Assembly: GCA_016789295.1 (NCBI GenBank)
Contig: JAEUQL010000002.1
Span: 1-25,646, forward strand
Reading direction: 5' to 3'
DNA length: 25,646 bases
From: Blastocatellia bacterium
GTDB lineage: Bacteria > Acidobacteriota > Blastocatellia > Chloracidobacteriales > JADJPF01
Part shown: piece by piece, positions 16,719-25,311 of the stretch
Layout of the letters: every line of letters starts with the position of its first letter
Numbering within the stretch: position 1 is the first letter of the stretch
Program-made: the position numbers and the translations under genes
Notes under the pieces: model-generated
Told to the model about the DNA's origin: nothing
The model's input: the letters and a program-made list of their open reading frames with translations, nothing else
Database searches by the model: none

Positions 16719-18707
16719 CTACTTCTTCTCTTTTCCTTCATCTCCAAAGATCTGTGCAATAATCTCTTTGTAGACGACTATCTGCTTGTCAGTCTTCATC
16801 TTTTTCTTGACAGATTCTATGTAAGAGTTAAACGTCAAAGACCTTCTCTCTTCTAAAAGGCGTTCCTCAATCAATTTAGACTGGTCGTTATATTTGGTCA
16901 TGTCTGGGTCAGTGCGTTTTGTAACACCCAAAACCAAGTATTTACCATTATTTTCAAGAGGGTCCTTGATAACTTCGCCTTCTTTGACTGCAAGTAGTTT
17001 TGCAGTGAGATCTTTGCTAAAGCCGAACTCATCAAGCGACAGCCCTTCTTTAAAATCGTCTTTCGTGTAGCTCTTTAGATCTTCTTTCTCTATTGCAGCT
17101 TTCAAACTGTCTGCTTTAGCTGCTGAAGCAAGCAACTCTTTGGCTTTTTGGACAGTGAGGTCTTTTGCCTTTTCCTGTTTGTAACGTTTTTCAACTTTGC
17201 TTTTGACATCTTCAAAAGCAGCATCTTGTGGCTCACGTACTGAAACTAGTTGTGGGAGAGCAAATCCTCCTCTTATACCCACTTTTACACCTACTTCTCC
17301 AACCTTTTTAAGTGCTGTGACAGACTCTTCAAAAGAAGGATTGGTGCCTATCTCTGGCACATCGTCACCTTCTGAAAAGAATGGGGTTTGGCGAAGCACC
17401 TCTTCTGTCTTCATTGCTGTCTTCTGAGCAACTTCTGCAGCTACTGCCTTAATATCTTTGGTCTCTTTGAGCTTCTTGAGTGCCTCATCAGCTACTTCAG
17501 AAGCTTTCTTATAAGAGAGTCTGTTCCTTGCTGATGCAAGCAGAGCCTCTTTGGCTTCTTCAAAGGTCTTGTTTTTACGTTCTGTGACCTTGAGTATGTA
17601 GAAGTTGCTACCATCTCTGATAGGCTCACTTATATCGCCAGGCTGCATAGAGAATGCACGCTGAAGGTAACTTCCTGCTTTGGTAGCATCTTTACTGATC
17701 AAGCCAAGGTCGCCTCCCTTGTCTTTTGTAGCAGTGTCTTGAGAATTACCACGAGCCAGAGCTTCAAAATCTTCAGCCTTTGCGCCTGTGGTCCCGCGAG
17801 CGCGTGCAGCAAGTTCATTGGCTTTCTGTTCAGCTAATTCTTCATCTTTCGGAGTGAGTGCTTTAATAAGTATCTGACTGACTCTGACACCTGCAAGATG
17901 TTTGTTTGGATCAAAGTCTTTCTTGAGTTCATCGTCAGAGAGTTGAAGATTTTTGGCTACATTATCTTGGCTAACAAAGACATAATCGACTTTGCGTTGC
18001 TGTTTTTCAAATTTGAATTCGGACTTGTGAGAATCGAAGTAAGCCTTCAACTCGTCATCTGTTGTAGTAACCTTGTCTCTAAACTTTTCTGTGTCAAGTA
18101 TTCCATAGACAACGTTAAAGCTTGTATTCTCTTTGTTGAACTCTTCTTGCAGCTCTTGTGGAGAGACCTTGATGCTACTTGTTACAAAGCTACGTAGCTT
18201 CTCTTCTGCTATCAGTGCTTTCACACTGTCTTCATAATCTGTAATTGTTTGACCAGAGCGCTCTATCAATTTCTTATACTTGTCAAAACCTATCCACTTA
18301 CCATCTTGGCTAAACTGCTCTTTGATCTTTGCCCGCATCTCATCCTGTGTAGGTTCAAGGCCAAGCCTTGCAACTTCCATGGTGACAATTCTCTTGCGGA
18401 TCAAGCCCTCTAAAACAGTCTTATCCAAGCCCATTGCTTTCAAAGAAGCATAAGTGACGGGTCCACCACCACGGGAAAACATGTTCTGGTAAGCCTGCAT
18501 CATCATGTCTAGCCCTCTGGTATATTCTCCAGCAGTGATGTCATCTCCAGAAACTTTTGCAACCAATGTCTTCTCATCTATATTGCCTGCAATTCCTGTG
18601 CTGCGTGTTGGAGCATAGAAAGCAACCATTCCAATAACTACTATGGTTGAGACAAATATCCAGATAAGTTTTTGTGAATTTTTTCTTTGATGTAAAAACC
18701 TGAGCAT
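16719..18707 (-). CDS. PpiD/SurA-like membrane-anchored periplasmic chaperone (SurA N-domain plus parvulin-fold domain)
   Basis: N-terminal TM anchor LIWIFVSTIVVIGMVAFY; SurA-N-like helical region; parvulin-like VRVSQILI...FEALARGNSQD...KGGDLG...AFSMQPGDISEPI...FYILKV; 662 aa; GGAGG SD. Confidence 0.85.
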   Translation of the reverse strand: MLRFLHQRKNSQKLIWIFVSTIVVIGMVAFYAPTRSTGIAGNIDEKTLVAKVSGDDITAGEYTRGLDMMMQAYQNMFSRGGGPVTYASLKAMGLDKTVLEGLIRKRIVTMEVARLGLEPTQDEMRAKIKEQFSQDGKWIGFDKYKKLIERSGQTITDYEDSVKALIAEEKLRSFVTSSIKVSPQELQEEFNKENTSFNVVYGILDTEKFRDKVTTTDDELKAYFDSHKSEFKFEKQQRKVDYVFVSQDNVAKNLQLSDDELKKDFDPNKHLAGVRVSQILIKALTPKDEELAEQKANELAARARGTTGAKAEDFEALARGNSQDTATKDKGGDLGLISKDATKAGSYLQRAFSMQPGDISEPIRDGSNFYILKVTERKNKTFEEAKEALLASARNRLSYKKASEVADEALKKLKETKDIKAVAAEVAQKTAMKTEEVLRQTPFFSEGDDVPEIGTNPSFEESVTALKKVGEVGVKVGIRGGFALPQLVSVREPQDAAFEDVKSKVEKRYKQEKAKDLTVQKAKELLASAAKADSLKAAIEKEDLKSYTKDDFKEGLSLDEFGFSKDLTAKLLAVKEGEVIKDPLENNGKYLVLGVTKRTDPDMTKYNDQSKLIEERLLEERRSLTFNSYIESVKKKMKTDKQIVVYKEIIAQIFGDEGKEKK

Positions 18708-18830
18708 CGAAGGAAACCTACCTCCATTATTGCGTCTACAAATCTGCTAAGTAGGTCGGTAACTTCTAAAGTGGTAAAAAGACTGTTGGGATGGTAATAG
18801 ACTCTTACTTAGCAATTAGGTAAAGCTTGC

Positions 18831-18859
18831 ATTTTAGATACTAGTAGAAAGATTTGCAA
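18831..18859 (-). promoter_or_regulatory. Candidate sigma70 promoter for the ppiD-like gene: TTGCAA-N17-TAAAAT
   Basis: Minus strand -35 at 18859-18854, exact 17-nt spacer, -10 at 18836-18831; lies just downstream of the receptor terminator. Confidence 0.55.
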
Positions 18860-18883
18860 TCTCTACCAGCAAAGATTTTGAGC

Positions 18884-18919
18884 AAAAGAAAAAGGAGGTC
18901 TAAGTTAGACCCCCTTTTA
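18884..18919 (-). terminator. Rho-independent terminator after the TonB-dependent receptor gene
   Basis: Minus strand GGGGGTCTA-ACT-TAGACCTCC (9-bp stem, one G:U) followed by TTTTTCTTTT; A/T runs on both sides, so it may be bidirectional. Confidence 0.8.
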
Positions 18920-18943
18920 GGTAACGTTTTTTGCAAACGTTTT

Positions 18944-21900
18944 TTAGAAGTTGAGGCGTAGTGCAAGCTGAATCACGCGAGGATTGCTGCTGAATACGCG
19001 CTCTGGACGGTTGAAGTCACGGCTGGTAACGGTATTGACTCTACCAACTGCTGTTGTGTTGATTGGGTTGGTACCGTTTACTGAACCTGGAACATACTGT
19101 GCGTGGTTGAATGCGTTGAAGAAGTCTGCACGGAACTGCATCTTGATCGTCTCTGTAATTGCAAAGTTCTTGAAGATCGAAATGTCAAAGTTCTCGATTG
19201 CAGGAAGTCTCAATGTGTTTCTTCCAGCATTTGCAAATGCACCAGGACCTGCCTGAATGTACTCTGCATTTGGATTTAAGGCTACATAAGCAACAGTGTT
19301 TGGATTGTTGAATGCAACCTGATTGCCATTTCTGTCTAGAGCAATGACTCCTGAAGCAGTGTTGCGAGCACCACTGCCATTTCTGATTGTGCGGTCGCCT
19401 GCAGCATCAAGGTTCAAGTTAGAATCAACACCACTAAGTGGGGTGGCATTCTTTCCTGACTCATATGTAGCTGTGGCGGCAACGCTGAATCCACCCAACA
19501 GAGACTTCATCAAGCGATTTGAGCTTCTGTTGAAGAATGGTAGATCATAGATACCAGAAACCACGAAGCGGTGGCGGCTATCCAGAGCTGAATTTGCCTT
19601 CTCTGCTTGGAAGTTCTGGAAATCTTGTGGACGGCGTGGTGAAAGTACTGTACTGAAGAGTTCTGCTGTACTGTCGTCGATCAAGTGGCTAAGTGTGTAA
19701 GCAAGGTTCAACGAAAGTCCTTGGCTGAATCTTCTTTGAAGAGAAGTAGAAAATCCTTGGTAATTGGAGTTTCCGTTTGAAGTAAATGCTACAAGGTTCT
19801 GAGCATTGAATCCTGCAGCACCAAACTCATTACCGAACACTGGACGAGAAGTAAGGTCTCTAAGTGACAATGTCAGATTTCTAAGATCTGCCACTGATGG
19901 AGTAGACAAAAATGTTGGCAATGAAGCATTTTGTGTCACACGAGGAATGGCATTGATACGGTTTTGTGTAATCAATCTCACGCCTCTGGTTCCAAGGTAG
20001 CGGAACTCAACTGACCAATCATTAAGGAACTGACGTTGATAGGCCAATGTGTAAGTGATTGAGTATGGAACCTGTTGATCAGGAATAAATGAAGATGTAA
20101 GCGATCTAAGTGTTCTTGGATCGTTTGGTATTGGATTTGGTGTTGGAGGAATACCACCATTTGCAAGGAAGTTTGGAATGTCTACAGTTGTGTCCACATT
20201 TCTTGTCTGGTTGAACTGTGGTGGCAATGAAAGAATGTAGAGATTGTCAAAAATGTAGTCATAACCAATAGAGAACCCTGCACGGATGGAACTCTGTCCA
20301 TTTTCACTACCAAAGAGGAATTTGGTAATTTTGTTCTTTCCACCATTTGGAGCATATGCTAGACCAATCTTTGGAGCAAAGTTGTTAAGCTCTGCTTCTG
20401 GCTCACGGAACTCGATCAAGCCAGGTACGGATGCTGCACTGTTGAGTGCTTGTTGTCTAGCACCAAATGGCAACTGCTGATACTCATAGCGTAGACCATA
20501 GTTGAGTGTCAGATTTGGAGTGATTCTCCAGTCATCCTGACCATAGAAATAGAGAAGTGTCTGGTTTCCAAAGTATGGAGAGGTACCTACTGTACGCTCT
20601 GCAATAAAGTCTGGATTGAGATCGCGAAGGAAGCGATCTGTGGACTGGTACTGATAGTCACCACGCTGACGTTGTACGAAAGACTGTGGAGAGATCAGAC
20701 GACGGCCATCAAAACCAAACTTGAATGAGTGGTTACCTCGTGTGTAAGAAACATTCTGTACAAGCTGGTAATTGTTCTCAATACCAAACTGTGGAGCAAC
20801 ACCATTTGGACCTATATCGAGAGCAAGATCAAGTAGTCCAATGTTTGGGAACTGATCAAGTCCTGGGAACTGGATGTTTGGTGTAACCAAACGGTTCTCG
20901 TTACGTCTAAATGCAAAACGAGTTTCAGTTGTCAGGTTTGGATTGAAACTATGGAGGAATGTATAAGAGAACAGTCTTCCATTAGTTGGTGTGTTTGTAA
21001 AGAATGCAGGTAGGTTTGCACCAGTGTCTACTGCACGAATGCGGTCAAAGATAAATCTGGTGCGGTGCTGTGACTTCTCGCTCTGATTGAAGTCAAAGTT
21101 GAGAACAAAGTTTCTCTGATTCGAAAATGATGGAGCATCAAAGAAGATGTTTCCTACAGGTACATTGAGTGTTCTACCACCATCTGTCACCTGTATATTT
21201 CCAATAGCACTTGGAGAAACAGGAACAAATTGTCTGAAAATGGCAAAATTGTTCTGTGAAAGACCTCTCAAAGTGCTCAAGACAGCAATACCTTCTGCAG
21301 TTGGTGCAGTAAGTCCACCTGGAGCAGAAGCAGCACCGGTCTGCTGACCTTCATAAGAAGTGAAGAAGAAGAGCTTATCTTTGACTATTGGGCCACCCAC
21401 GTTGCCACCATAGCGGCTGAAGTCTGAACGTGGAAGGAATGAAAGATTTGGATTACTTCTTACAGCAGATCTCTCACGAACTACACCAGCATTCTTCTGA
21501 AGTGTGTCCAAAGCATTGAGGAAACGATTCTGGAAGAATGAATAAGCAGTACCGTGATACTCGTTTGTACCACTCTTGGTCACAGTGATGAACTGACCAC
21601 CGTTTGAACGGCCAAACTCTGCAGAGAACTGATTAGCCAAGAGTGTGAACTCTGAAACTGTCTCAGGAGAGATGTAGATCTGTGGACCGGTAACAGACTT
21701 ATCGTTGTTGTCAATGCCATCAACGGTAAAGTTGTTGTTGCGTGGTCTCTGACCACCTATAGATCCACCACTTCCTACACCAACGCCACCACCGCTTGAT
21801 ACGTTAGGGGCGATAAGTGCCAAGTTGTAGATACCACCACCTGCTGCAGTCTGAGCAAGCTCTACAGTTTGACGAGAATCAAAACTCTTTGAAAGAGTTG

Positions 21901-22339
21901 TTGTTGTAGTTTCAACAAGTTCTGAACCACTTGCAGAGACTTCTACAATCTCGCCTGCTCCACCAACACTCAATGTCGTTGGAACGTCAGTAGTCTGGTT
22001 CAGATCAACCTTAACACCTGTTAACGCCAAGGTTTTGAAACCATCTGCTTCTACGTTTACTTGATATTCACCGGGAAGCAGGTTGTTAAACTGATAAACA
22101 CCATCACCACTACTTTGAGTTGTAAATGATGTATTGGTTCTCTTGTCAGATATTGTCACTTTTGCGCCTGCAACAACGGCTCCAGTCTCGTCTTTTACGA
22201 CACCACGAACGTTTCCGAATGTGGCTTGGGCATATGCAGAAGCACCAACAGCTACAAGAATAGCCAACACCATCATTAGCCTCAAAGACTGGCTAAGTGC
22301 GCTATGGATAGATTTTGCTAGGGCCGAATCCCAACGCAT
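18944..22339 (-). CDS. TonB-dependent outer-membrane receptor, Oar/Acidobacteria type with N-terminal carboxypeptidase-regulatory-like domain
   Basis: Signal peptide ending ASAYA|Q; GVVKDETGAVVAGAKVT...NLLPGEY; plug GQRPRNNNFTVDGIDNND and SAEFGRSNGG...TKSGTNEYHG; beta-barrel pattern; C-terminal LRLNF; AGGAG SD at 22339. Confidence 0.93.
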   Translation of the reverse strand: MRWDSALAKSIHSALSQSLRLMMVLAILVAVGASAYAQATFGNVRGVVKDETGAVVAGAKVTISDKRTNTSFTTQSSGDGVYQFNNLLPGEYQVNVEADGFKTLALTGVKVDLNQTTDVPTTLSVGGAGEIVEVSASGSELVETTTTTLSKSFDSRQTVELAQTAAGGGIYNLALIAPNVSSGGGVGVGSGGSIGGQRPRNNNFTVDGIDNNDKSVTGPQIYISPETVSEFTLLANQFSAEFGRSNGGQFITVTKSGTNEYHGTAYSFFQNRFLNALDTLQKNAGVVRERSAVRSNPNLSFLPRSDFSRYGGNVGGPIVKDKLFFFTSYEGQQTGAASAPGGLTAPTAEGIAVLSTLRGLSQNNFAIFRQFVPVSPSAIGNIQVTDGGRTLNVPVGNIFFDAPSFSNQRNFVLNFDFNQSEKSQHRTRFIFDRIRAVDTGANLPAFFTNTPTNGRLFSYTFLHSFNPNLTTETRFAFRRNENRLVTPNIQFPGLDQFPNIGLLDLALDIGPNGVAPQFGIENNYQLVQNVSYTRGNHSFKFGFDGRRLISPQSFVQRQRGDYQYQSTDRFLRDLNPDFIAERTVGTSPYFGNQTLLYFYGQDDWRITPNLTLNYGLRYEYQQLPFGARQQALNSAASVPGLIEFREPEAELNNFAPKIGLAYAPNGGKNKITKFLFGSENGQSSIRAGFSIGYDYIFDNLYILSLPPQFNQTRNVDTTVDIPNFLANGGIPPTPNPIPNDPRTLRSLTSSFIPDQQVPYSITYTLAYQRQFLNDWSVEFRYLGTRGVRLITQNRINAIPRVTQNASLPTFLSTPSVADLRNLTLSLRDLTSRPVFGNEFGAAGFNAQNLVAFTSNGNSNYQGFSTSLQRRFSQGLSLNLAYTLSHLIDDSTAELFSTVLSPRRPQDFQNFQAEKANSALDSRHRFVVSGIYDLPFFNRSSNRLMKSLLGGFSVAATATYESGKNATPLSGVDSNLNLDAAGDRTIRNGSGARNTASGVIALDRNGNQVAFNNPNTVAYVALNPNAEYIQAGPGAFANAGRNTLRLPAIENFDISIFKNFAITETIKMQFRADFFNAFNHAQYVPGSVNGTNPINTTAVGRVNTVTSRDFNRPERVFSSNPRVIQLALRLNF

Positions 22340-22736
22340 ATTTCTTTTCTCCTGACGTCTTTTGATGGTTATTTTAGGGCTAACGACTTTCCTTTTAATC
22401 TTAATAGAAGAAAACCCTATATAATTAAGAGCTTCTAATCTAAGAGCTTTTGATTTTTTGCGTTACGGAAAATGCATCTTTTTAGAAAGTCTTGACAATC
22501 AGTTTCTTTAGGCAACTTTCATACCAAAACCTAATAAAAGATATTGTTGAGTAAAAAAGATCCCTTTTATTCAATTGATAACTAACTAGTTAAATCTCCA
22601 CTTAGGTCTAAAAGTTCGATAGAAGCTTACTCACTCATTCCACTCATAAATCCATGAATATGGATATCAAGTTTAGATATTCGTATTCGCAGTGGCTCTG
22701 GTGTAGCTACACACAGCCAAAAGACAAGTAGAGATT

Positions 22737-24278
22737 CTAATCTTCTGAAGTTCTGGAAGCTTTTTTACCGCCAGTCATTAACAACCCTATCTCTTGTTGT
22801 GATACTTTATCTGGGAAGACTATGTCAACCATCTCCCCTTCGTAAATTACTCCTACTCGATCACTCAAAGAGAGTACTTCTTCTAACTCAGCCGACACAA
22901 GCAGTATGGCAGCACCTGAAGCTTTAAGCTCCAGAAGCTTCTTGTAGATAAACTCTATTGCGCCAATGTCTACTCCTCGTGTTGGCTGTGAAGCTATCAG
23001 AAACTTTGGACTGAGCGAAAACTCTCTGGCAATGATGAATTTCTGCTGATTGCCACCCGACAGTCCTCTTGCAGATAGGTTTGGATCGGTTGGTCGTACA
23101 TCGAAATCCTCTATCAACTTTCTTGTATGCTCCTCTATTTTCTTGCTATCAAGCAGTGGCCAACCAAATTCACCTTGCAATCCAAGTATAGAGTTTTCCA
23201 AAAGAGGCGATTCTAACAGCAAACCTCTTTTATGTCTATCTTCAGGGATATGTCCAATCCTTAAATCTTTCGCCTGTCTGGAACTGTAATGAGATGGAAA
23301 GTCTTTTCCGTAAAGAGCAACTCGTCCTGTAGAAGGTTTAGTAAGCCCTGCAAGTAGCTCAACTAGTTCTGTTTGGCCATTGCCTTCGACACCAGCAATA
23401 CCAAAAATTTCACCTGTAAAGATCTCAAAAGTGATCTCTTTTAAGCTGTAGCGTTCTGGTGTCTTTGCTTTCAAGGTCACCCCTTTTACAGAAAGAGCCA
23501 CCTGTTTTTCACCCGAAAATCTGTACTCACCCTTATCTACCCTTAAAAGTACATCTCTACCCACCATCATCCTTGCAAGCTCTTCTGCGTTGGTCTTTTT
23601 GGTCTCAACCTCACCAACAACTTTCCCCATTCTCATTACTGTTACTTTTTCTGAAATGGCTAAAACCTCAGCCAGTTTGTGTGTGATGATGATTATGGTT
23701 TTGCCTTGATCGCGCAGTGTGCGAAGAATTTGAAAGAACTCTTCTGTCTCTTGTGGTGTAAGTACTGCTGTTGGTTCATCCAAGATTAAGATCTCTGCTC
23801 CACGGTAGAGAGTTTTCAGAATCTCGACACGCTGTTGTTGTCCAACAGAGAGTGTTTCAATCTTTGCTTCAGGGTCTATCTTCAGTCCATATTGTCTAGA
23901 AAGCTCTTCTATTCTTTTTTTTGCTTGCTTGTAGTTTATTACTCCGTTCGATAATGGTTCACAGCCAAGAATGATATTTTCAGTCACTGATAGAGGCTCA
24001 GCCAACATAAAGTGTTGATGCACCATGCCGAGACCCAGCCTTATTGCGTCTTGACTAGAAGATATATGCTGCAAGCTTCCATTTATGACTATCTCACCCT
24101 CATCTGCACGATAGAAGCCATAGAGGATGTTCATAGCTGTACTCTTTCCAGCACCATTTTCTCCTATCACAGCATGTATTGAGCCAGTTTTAATCTTTAT
24201 ATTGACGCTTTCATTGGCTCTAACAGCTCCAAATCGCTTGGTAATACCTTTCATCTCCACTGCAAACTCGGCAGCCAT
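22737..24278 (-). CDS. ABC transporter ATP-binding protein with two fused NBDs, CUT2/nucleoside-uptake (YufO/NupO-like)
   Basis: [28 protein letters not shown]; second [41 protein letters not shown]. Confidence 0.92.
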   Translation of the reverse strand: MAAEFAVEMKGITKRFGAVRANESVNIKIKTGSIHAVIGENGAGKSTAMNILYGFYRADEGEIVINGSLQHISSSQDAIRLGLGMVHQHFMLAEPLSVTENIILGCEPLSNGVINYKQAKKRIEELSRQYGLKIDPEAKIETLSVGQQQRVEILKTLYRGAEILILDEPTAVLTPQETEEFFQILRTLRDQGKTIIIITHKLAEVLAISEKVTVMRMGKVVGEVETKKTNAEELARMMVGRDVLLRVDKGEYRFSGEKQVALSVKGVTLKAKTPERYSLKEITFEIFTGEIFGIAGVEGNGQTELVELLAGLTKPSTGRVALYGKDFPSHYSSRQAKDLRIGHIPEDRHKRGLLLESPLLENSILGLQGEFGWPLLDSKKIEEHTRKLIEDFDVRPTDPNLSARGLSGGNQQKFIIAREFSLSPKFLIASQPTRGVDIGAIEFIYKKLLELKASGAAILLVSAELEEVLSLSDRVGVIYEGEMVDIVFPDKVSQQEIGLLMTGGKKASRTSED

Positions 24279-24305
24279 TGCTGTCTCCTTAAAAAAATAG
24301 AAGCA

Positions 24306-25052
24306 TTAAGAATACATATTCATAGATTTTGTTAGTAGTTCTACAGGATCTGCAACATTTAATGCCTCTCTGACTAGAAAAGCTTCTGCGTGCTCCACAT
24401 CTATTAGAGAACCAAAGTAACGTTGTCCAACTTCTACTTTAGCAAGGAAGTTACTTTTGCTCAGATAAGTCTCTGGTTCCTTGTTTGTAGGGTTGTGTAG
24501 CTGAGATTTGTAGCAGAGTATTGCCTGCCGTTTCCTCTCTGCAAACTCACTTATATCAACCAGAAATGTAGCTACTACAGTGCGTGGAAACATAAAATGT
24601 GCAACAGTTGAAGGTCTATGTCTTGGTTGCCCTGTTTCTTGATCATACTTTGCCAACCCCGCAAGATGGGCTGCCTGACGAACTATCTGTGCAGTCTGCA
24701 CGTGGTCGGGGTGTGGATCTTCCCAATAATGTGTAAAGATTATCTTTGGCTGAAACTTTCTAATAATTCTCACCATTAAAACTCTTGATTGCTCATTGCA
24801 CCATATATTACTGTCTGGAAGAGCTAGATTGTCCCTAGCAGTTAATCCCATAACTTTTTTAGCTTCTGCAGCCTCTAAAAGTCTAGTTTCTGCATTGCCG
24901 CGTGTTCCACCTTCGCCACGTGCCATATCGACAACCGCAGTTTTATAACCTAAAGAAGAAAGTTTTATGAGTGTTCCACCTACTGCAAGTTCTACATCAT
25001 CTGGATGTGCTCCCACTGCAAGCACATCTACTGGACAAGTATCAATCTGCAT
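24306..25052 (-). CDS. bshB1: PIG-L family deacetylase, BshB1-like (bacillithiol GlcNAc-malate deacetylase)
   Basis: AHPDDVEL..GG, DMARGEGGTRG, R.NLALPD, HPDH, R.FG..I.VEHAEAF. Start placed at ATG 25052 (GGAG 6 nt upstream) rather than TTG 25064. Confidence 0.8.
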   Translation of the reverse strand: MQIDTCPVDVLAVGAHPDDVELAVGGTLIKLSSLGYKTAVVDMARGEGGTRGNAETRLLEAAEAKKVMGLTARDNLALPDSNIWCNEQSRVLMVRIIRKFQPKIIFTHYWEDPHPDHVQTAQIVRQAAHLAGLAKYDQETGQPRHRPSTVAHFMFPRTVVATFLVDISEFAERKRQAILCYKSQLHNPTNKEPETYLSKSNFLAKVEVGQRYFGSLIDVEHAEAFLVREALNVADPVELLTKSMNMYS

Positions 25053-25181
25053 AGCCATCTCCAAAAATCTCTAGTTTGTAGAACAAATCTTGACATCCCC
25101 CTGGTTTTGAAAAAGGGGGACTGCTCCAGACATAAAAGTGAAGTTGGAAAGCTCTCAGTTAGAACTGCTAGTGAAAAAGTC

Positions 25182-25220
25182 TCACTCACACAGATTGACA
25201 ACAGAGAGTATCATCAACAT
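25182..25220 (-). CDS. Candidate 12-aa leader/small ORF MLMILSVVNLCE
   Basis: AAGGAG, 7 nt, then ATG at 25220; TGA at 25184-25182. No homology evidence; it could be chance. Confidence 0.3.
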   Translation of the reverse strand: MLMILSVVNLCE

Positions 25221-25311
25221 TAATTATCTCCTTCAGAGCAGATAATTTGAGTATAGGCTGAAGGAGGTAGCAATAGCACCTTACATTTTAGGTGAAAATT
25301 GCTGGAGATCT

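Noticed and set aside
22492-22497. Perfect TTGACA hexamers on the plus strand (also 25090-25095 and 25195-25200)
   Set aside because: No convincing -10 at 16-18 nt spacing; the one at 22492 also points away from the adjacent gene start.
22583-22592. TAACTAGTTA resembles the ACTAGT core of the TrpR operator
   Set aside because: Only one core is present (TrpR operators have tandem half-sites), it is far from the trp genes, and there is no evidence of trpR here. Kept only as a generic palindrome.
25096-25120. TCCCCCT...AGGGGGA hairpin as a terminator
   Set aside because: No U-tract follows the stem on either strand.
373-25223. The plus-strand ORFs of 60-134 aa in the track, and the minus-strand 19978-20166 ORF
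   Set aside because: They lie antisense to, or out of frame within, well-supported genes and show no recognisable motifs; treated as shadow ORFs.
25146-25270. GGAAAGCTCTCAG and CTGAAGGAG resemble glycine riboswitch motifs
   Set aside because: The order is reversed relative to the aptamer, the GGAGAG element and P1 pairing are missing, and the downstream genes are unrelated to glycine.
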